Positions 59,445-64,000 of a DNA stretch of 64,000 nt are shown here, in pieces; positions within the stretch are counted from its first letter, which is position 1; every line of letters begins with the position of its first letter. Made by a program: the position numbers and the translations under genes. The notes under the pieces were generated by a model. It made no database searches, had not been told where the DNA came from, and worked only from the letters and a program-made list of their open reading frames with translations. This stretch comes from Treponemataceae bacterium (GTDB taxonomy: Bacteria > Spirochaetota > Spirochaetia > Treponematales > Rectinemataceae), in assembly GCA_963678065.2 (NCBI GenBank), contig CAXXVZ010000003.1:960001-1024000 (forward strand), in the 5' to 3' direction.

Positions 59445-60231
59445 CAGCGAGTACATCCTTCTCACGAAGGCCGTCGTGAAGCGTTTCGGCGGCCTCGTCG
59501 CCGTGAACAAGATGGATTTCGCCATGGAAGCGGGCCGGATCTACAGCATCATCGGTCCCAACGGAGCGGGGAAGACAACGTTCTTCAACGCGATTTCCGG
59601 CCTCTACAAGCCCGAGGAGGGTTCCATCGTCTTCGACGGCAGGCAGATCGCCCGCATGGCGCCCGAGAAGATCACTGTCCACCACATGGCGAGGACATTC
59701 CAGAACATCAGGCTCTTCGGCGGTATGACCGTCGTCGAGAACATCATGGTGGGCGCCTACACCCGGCTGAAACAGAACGCGGTCCAGGCGGTGCTCGGCA
59801 CCAGAGCCTTCCGGAAGGAAGAGGACGAGGCCGAGAAGAAGGCTGAAAGGCTCATGGAGTACGTGGGGCTCCGCGGTGTCGGCAACGAGCTCGCGTCGAG
59901 TCTCCCCTACGGCGCCCAGCGCCGCGTCGAGATCGCCCGCGCCCTCGCCTCCGATCCGAAGCTTCTCCTCCTCGATGAGCCGACGGCCGGCATGAACCCC
60001 GCGGAGAGCGAGGACGCCATGCACCTCTTCCGGCGCCTGCGGGACGAACTCGGCATCACGATCCTCCTCATCGAGCACGACATGAGGGTCGTCATGAGCA
60101 TTTCGGAGCGGATCACGGTCATGGACCACGGCGAGAAGATTGCGGAAGGCTTGCCGAAACAGATTGCGGAGAATCCGCAGGTCATCGAAGCCTATCTCGG
60201 GCGCGGCGCTGCCGCGTCCATGAACCACTAG
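59437..60231 (+). CDS. livG: BCAA ABC transporter ATP-binding protein
   Basis: FGGLVAV, GPNGAGKTT, ARTFQNIRLF, LLLDEP, VIEAYLG. Confidence 0.93.
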   Translation: MADSEYILLTKAVVKRFGGLVAVNKMDFAMEAGRIYSIIGPNGAGKTTFFNAISGLYKPEEGSIVFDGRQIARMAPEKITVHHMARTFQNIRLFGGMTVVENIMVGAYTRLKQNAVQAVLGTRAFRKEEDEAEKKAERLMEYVGLRGVGNELASSLPYGAQRRVEIARALASDPKLLLLDEPTAGMNPAESEDAMHLFRRLRDELGITILLIEHDMRVVMSISERITVMDHGEKIAEGLPKQIAENPQVIEAYLGRGAAASMNH

Positions 60232-60242
60232 AGGAGGAAGCG

Positions 60243-60953
<711 letters not shown>

Positions 60954-61064
60954 ACCATCCCGCCGGAAATGGCGGGACTCGCGGCTTTTTGCTTCCGTCT
61001 CGCGTCTCGGCAGACCTGCACGGTCTGCCTTTTTATGTCCCCGTCGTGGTATAGTATGGGTCTT

Positions 61065-62867
61065 ATGCCCAGGCCCCTCCCCGAAAATCGAATCCTCGCC
61101 TACTTCCAGAGTGAAAAAAAACTGGCGGCGATCGGCTTCTCCTCGATGCTGGCCGTCACGGCCGGCCAGCTCGCGGGTCCACTCATACTCAAGTCCATCA
61201 TAGACGAATCGATCCCGGCCAAGGACGTCAGCGGACTACTCGTGCGCGCCTTCGGCTACCTCGGAATCGTGGCGGCCATAGGCGTCCTCGGCTATGTCCA
61301 GAACATGAGCATCGCGAAGCTCGGCCTCGACATCGTGACATCGATAAAAAAATCATTGTTCGGCCACCTTCTGACTCTGCCAGTCTCCTGGTTCGACGCT
61401 CATCCCGTGGGCGAACTCATATCGCGGACGGAGAGCGACACGGAAAAGCTGCGCGAGTTCTTTTCCCGGACCGGAATATCGCTCGCCGCCAACCTCCTCT
61501 TTTTCGGCGGCATGATGACGGTCTGCTTCTTTCTCGAACCAGGGATAACGCTCTGGATCACCGCGGCGATGCCGGTTCTCGTCTTTTTCGTTTTCTTTTT
61601 TTTCGACAAATTGAGAGTCCGCTACGAGAGGACCAGGTCGCTGTACGCGATGATCTCGTCCATGGTCGCCGAATTCGTCCAGGGTATAGAGGTCCTCGTG
61701 GCATTCGGAAGAAGGGCATGGGCGGCGGATAAACTCGACGGGGCGGCGAAAAAAAAGCGCGACAACGATGTGTACACCTATCTCCTCGAACGGATCGCGA
61801 TGAGCGCCCTGGGATTCTTCATGGGTCCGCTCTTCATCTTCCTCGTCGTGCGCTCGCTCGCTCCCCGCATACTCGCCGGAACGATATCGCTCGGAACCCT
61901 CCTCGTCTTCATCGATTACGGCCGCAGGCTTTTCGAGCCCCTCATGGAAATCGCCGAGAATATACGGGGCATCCAGCAGGCGAGAGTCTCGCTGAGGCGG
62001 GTCTTCGGCATTCTCGACCTTCCCCCGGAAAGTAAAGGCTCGGGGCTTCTCCCCGGCCCGGGCTGCGCCATCGAGTTCCGGAATGTCTGGTTCCGGTATA
62101 AAGACGACTGGGTACTTGAAGATGTGTCTTTTTTCATACCTTCCGGCCGCATGACCGCCCTCGTCGGTCCCTCCGGATCGGGGAAATCGACGACGATAGG
62201 GCTCTTGTGCCGCTTCTATACGCCCGAGAGAGGTGAAATCCTGGTGGATGGAGTCCCTCTCGGCGATCTCGACCTCGCTTCCTGGCGGCGCATGGTCGGC
62301 CTCGTCCTCCAGGATGTCTACCTCTTCCCTGGCCCCGTCCTCGAAAATGTGCGGATCTACGACTCCGGCGTGGACGAAGACCGCGTGCGGCGCGCCCTCG
62401 ATCTCGTCCAGGCCACGGACTTCGTGGAGGCCATGCCCGGAGGACTCGCGACCGAGCTCCGGGAGCGGGGGTCCAACATCTCTTCGGGTGAAAAACAGCT
62501 TTTGTCCTTCGCGAGGGCTCTGGCCGTCGACCCCCCGATAGTCGTGCTGGACGAGGCGACGGCGAGCGTCGACGTGGTGACGGAAAATCGCATCCGCGGG
62601 GCCATGGGCGGCATGCTCGCGGGCCGCACATCGGTCGTCGTCGCGCACAGACTTTCGAGCGTGCTCGGCGCGGAGCAGATCCTCTACTTCGAGAGAGGAA
62701 AAATCATCGCGAGAGGAACGCACGGCAGCCTCATGCAGGACTGCCCCGAGTACGCGCGCCTCGTGCGCCTGCAGTTTCCCGACTCCGAAGAGCTCCAGGC
62801 TGAGCCAGGCGGGAAGCCAGATGCCGGGAACGGAATTGGAATTGCTGGCTCCGCTCGCGAGACTTAA
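61065..62867 (+). CDS. ABC exporter, fused permease/ATP-binding subunit
   Basis: TM domain then GPSGSGKST, ISSGEKQ, VLDEAT, VAHRLS; start uncertain. Confidence 0.9.
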   Translation: MPRPLPENRILAYFQSEKKLAAIGFSSMLAVTAGQLAGPLILKSIIDESIPAKDVSGLLVRAFGYLGIVAAIGVLGYVQNMSIAKLGLDIVTSIKKSLFGHLLTLPVSWFDAHPVGELISRTESDTEKLREFFSRTGISLAANLLFFGGMMTVCFFLEPGITLWITAAMPVLVFFVFFFFDKLRVRYERTRSLYAMISSMVAEFVQGIEVLVAFGRRAWAADKLDGAAKKKRDNDVYTYLLERIAMSALGFFMGPLFIFLVVRSLAPRILAGTISLGTLLVFIDYGRRLFEPLMEIAENIRGIQQARVSLRRVFGILDLPPESKGSGLLPGPGCAIEFRNVWFRYKDDWVLEDVSFFIPSGRMTALVGPSGSGKSTTIGLLCRFYTPERGEILVDGVPLGDLDLASWRRMVGLVLQDVYLFPGPVLENVRIYDSGVDEDRVRRALDLVQATDFVEAMPGGLATELRERGSNISSGEKQLLSFARALAVDPPIVVLDEATASVDVVTENRIRGAMGGMLAGRTSVVVAHRLSSVLGAEQILYFERGKIIARGTHGSLMQDCPEYARLVRLQFPDSEELQAEPGGKPDAGNGIGIAGSARET

Positions 62868-62876
62868 GGGAGCGGC

Positions 62877-64000
62877 ATGAAAAAGACATCCCAAAAGACA
62901 TCCCACCTGTCCTGGATTCTCAAAATATGGAGGGAAAGGATCTGGCTCATCGCCCTCCTTCTCGTCCTCACCCTGCTCTCGAGCGCCGTGGCCGTCCTCT
63001 ATCCCTACATCGCGAAGCTCATCCTCGATTCCCTCCAGAGCACGCTCGCGAAGGGCACAGGCGGCAGTCAGGCGATGGGAGAGATCGCTCGGCTCACCCT
63101 CATCCTCCTCGCCGTCGGGGCGGGAGGCTTCGTCTCCGACCTCTTCCCCGGCATACGGGCGGCGACGAACACCATCTTCGACTACCTCCTCCGCAAACGC
63201 TACTTCGAGGCCGTCCTCTCCAAAGATTACCGCTTCTTCTCCGCCTTCCGCTCGGGCGACATCCTCACGCGCCTGACCGAGGACGTCTCGGACAACGGGC
63301 GGCTCGCCTGGTTCCTCTGTTCCGGCATCTTCCGCGCCGTCGAGGCCTTCTCCAAGATCGCCTTCTGCCTGGGTGCCATGTTTCTCCTCAACCCGAGCCT
63401 CACCCTCCTCTCGCTCATCCCGGTTCCCCTCATGATCGGCGTATTCTGGTACGCCCAGAACCGGATCTACGACTCGTACAGGCGCAACCAGGAGGCCATT
63501 TCGGATGTCAACAACCAGCTCGAGATGAGCTTCGCGGGGGCCAGGATCATCAAGGCCTACGCCTGCGAGGAGAAATACGGGCGATTCTTCGACGCGGCAC
63601 TCGCGCGGCGCTACGCCACCGAGATGAGCGTCGCGAAGCTCGACTCGGTCATGCGCCTCATCTATCAGTACATAGAGTACTTCGCCCAGATCGGGATCAT
63701 CTTCGCGGGCGGCTACATGGCTGTGAAGGGAAGCATAGGGATCGGCACATTCTACGCCTTCTACAACTACCTCGGCATGCTGATCTACCCGATGCTCGAC
63801 ATACCCCAGCTTCTCATTTCGGGCAAGAGATCCTTCGCCAACATCGACAGGCTCGAGGAAATCGGCGACTATCCATCCGAACGCTCGGAAGGCTCCGTCC
63901 TGCCTGCGCGGGCTCAGGCGGGAAGCGTGGAGCTGAAAAATCTCTGTTTCAGCTATCCGGGGAAGGAGGGCCACACCCTCGACTCGATTTCGTTTTCCGT
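62877..64000 (+). CDS. Second ABC exporter subunit (heterodimer partner), truncated by the window end
   Basis: Open frame from ATG 62877 (GGGAG RBS): MKKTSQK..., RSGDILTRLTED, GSVELKNLCFSYPG. Confidence 0.85.
   Translation, partial: MKKTSQKTSHLSWILKIWRERIWLIALLLVLTLLSSAVAVLYPYIAKLILDSLQSTLAKGTGGSQAMGEIARLTLILLAVGAGGFVSDLFPGIRAATNTIFDYLLRKRYFEAVLSKDYRFFSAFRSGDILTRLTEDVSDNGRLAWFLCSGIFRAVEAFSKIAFCLGAMFLLNPSLTLLSLIPVPLMIGVFWYAQNRIYDSYRRNQEAISDVNNQLEMSFAGARIIKAYACEEKYGRFFDAALARRYATEMSVAKLDSVMRLIYQYIEYFAQIGIIFAGGYMAVKGSIGIGTFYAFYNYLGMLIYPMLDIPQLLISGKRSFANIDRLEEIGDYPSERSEGSVLPARAQAGSVELKNLCFSYPGKEGHTLDSISFS

Overview
High-GC bacterial chromosomal window, inferred to be from a free-living spirochaete (Treponema/Rectinema-like gene families). 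It is mostly housekeeping genes: glgC, htrA, map, nusB, a complete V/A-type ATPase operon flanked by PTS-IIA and USP genes, secG, tpiA, cysE-cysK, pgk, gap, PBP1A, rarA, folC, asnS, a DD-carboxypeptidase, an Rrf2-iscS-iscU-mutY operon, a sarcosine/proline-oxidase-like pair, livKHMGF and two ABC exporter halves. The only mobile element is a full-length class C group II intron (19802-21728, minus strand), inserted directly after the pgk terminator. It has a matching EBS1/IBS1, but also an amber stop and a homopolymer frameshift in its RT gene, and C instead of A at the branch point. The best unexplained signals are non-coding: a terminated, structured ~140-nt candidate sRNA with a C-rich anti-Shine-Dalgarno loop between gap and PBP1A, a ~230-nt structured leader before livK, and an Rrf2 operator with a similar site before cysK. 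All assignments come from reading motifs by eye; no database searches were run.
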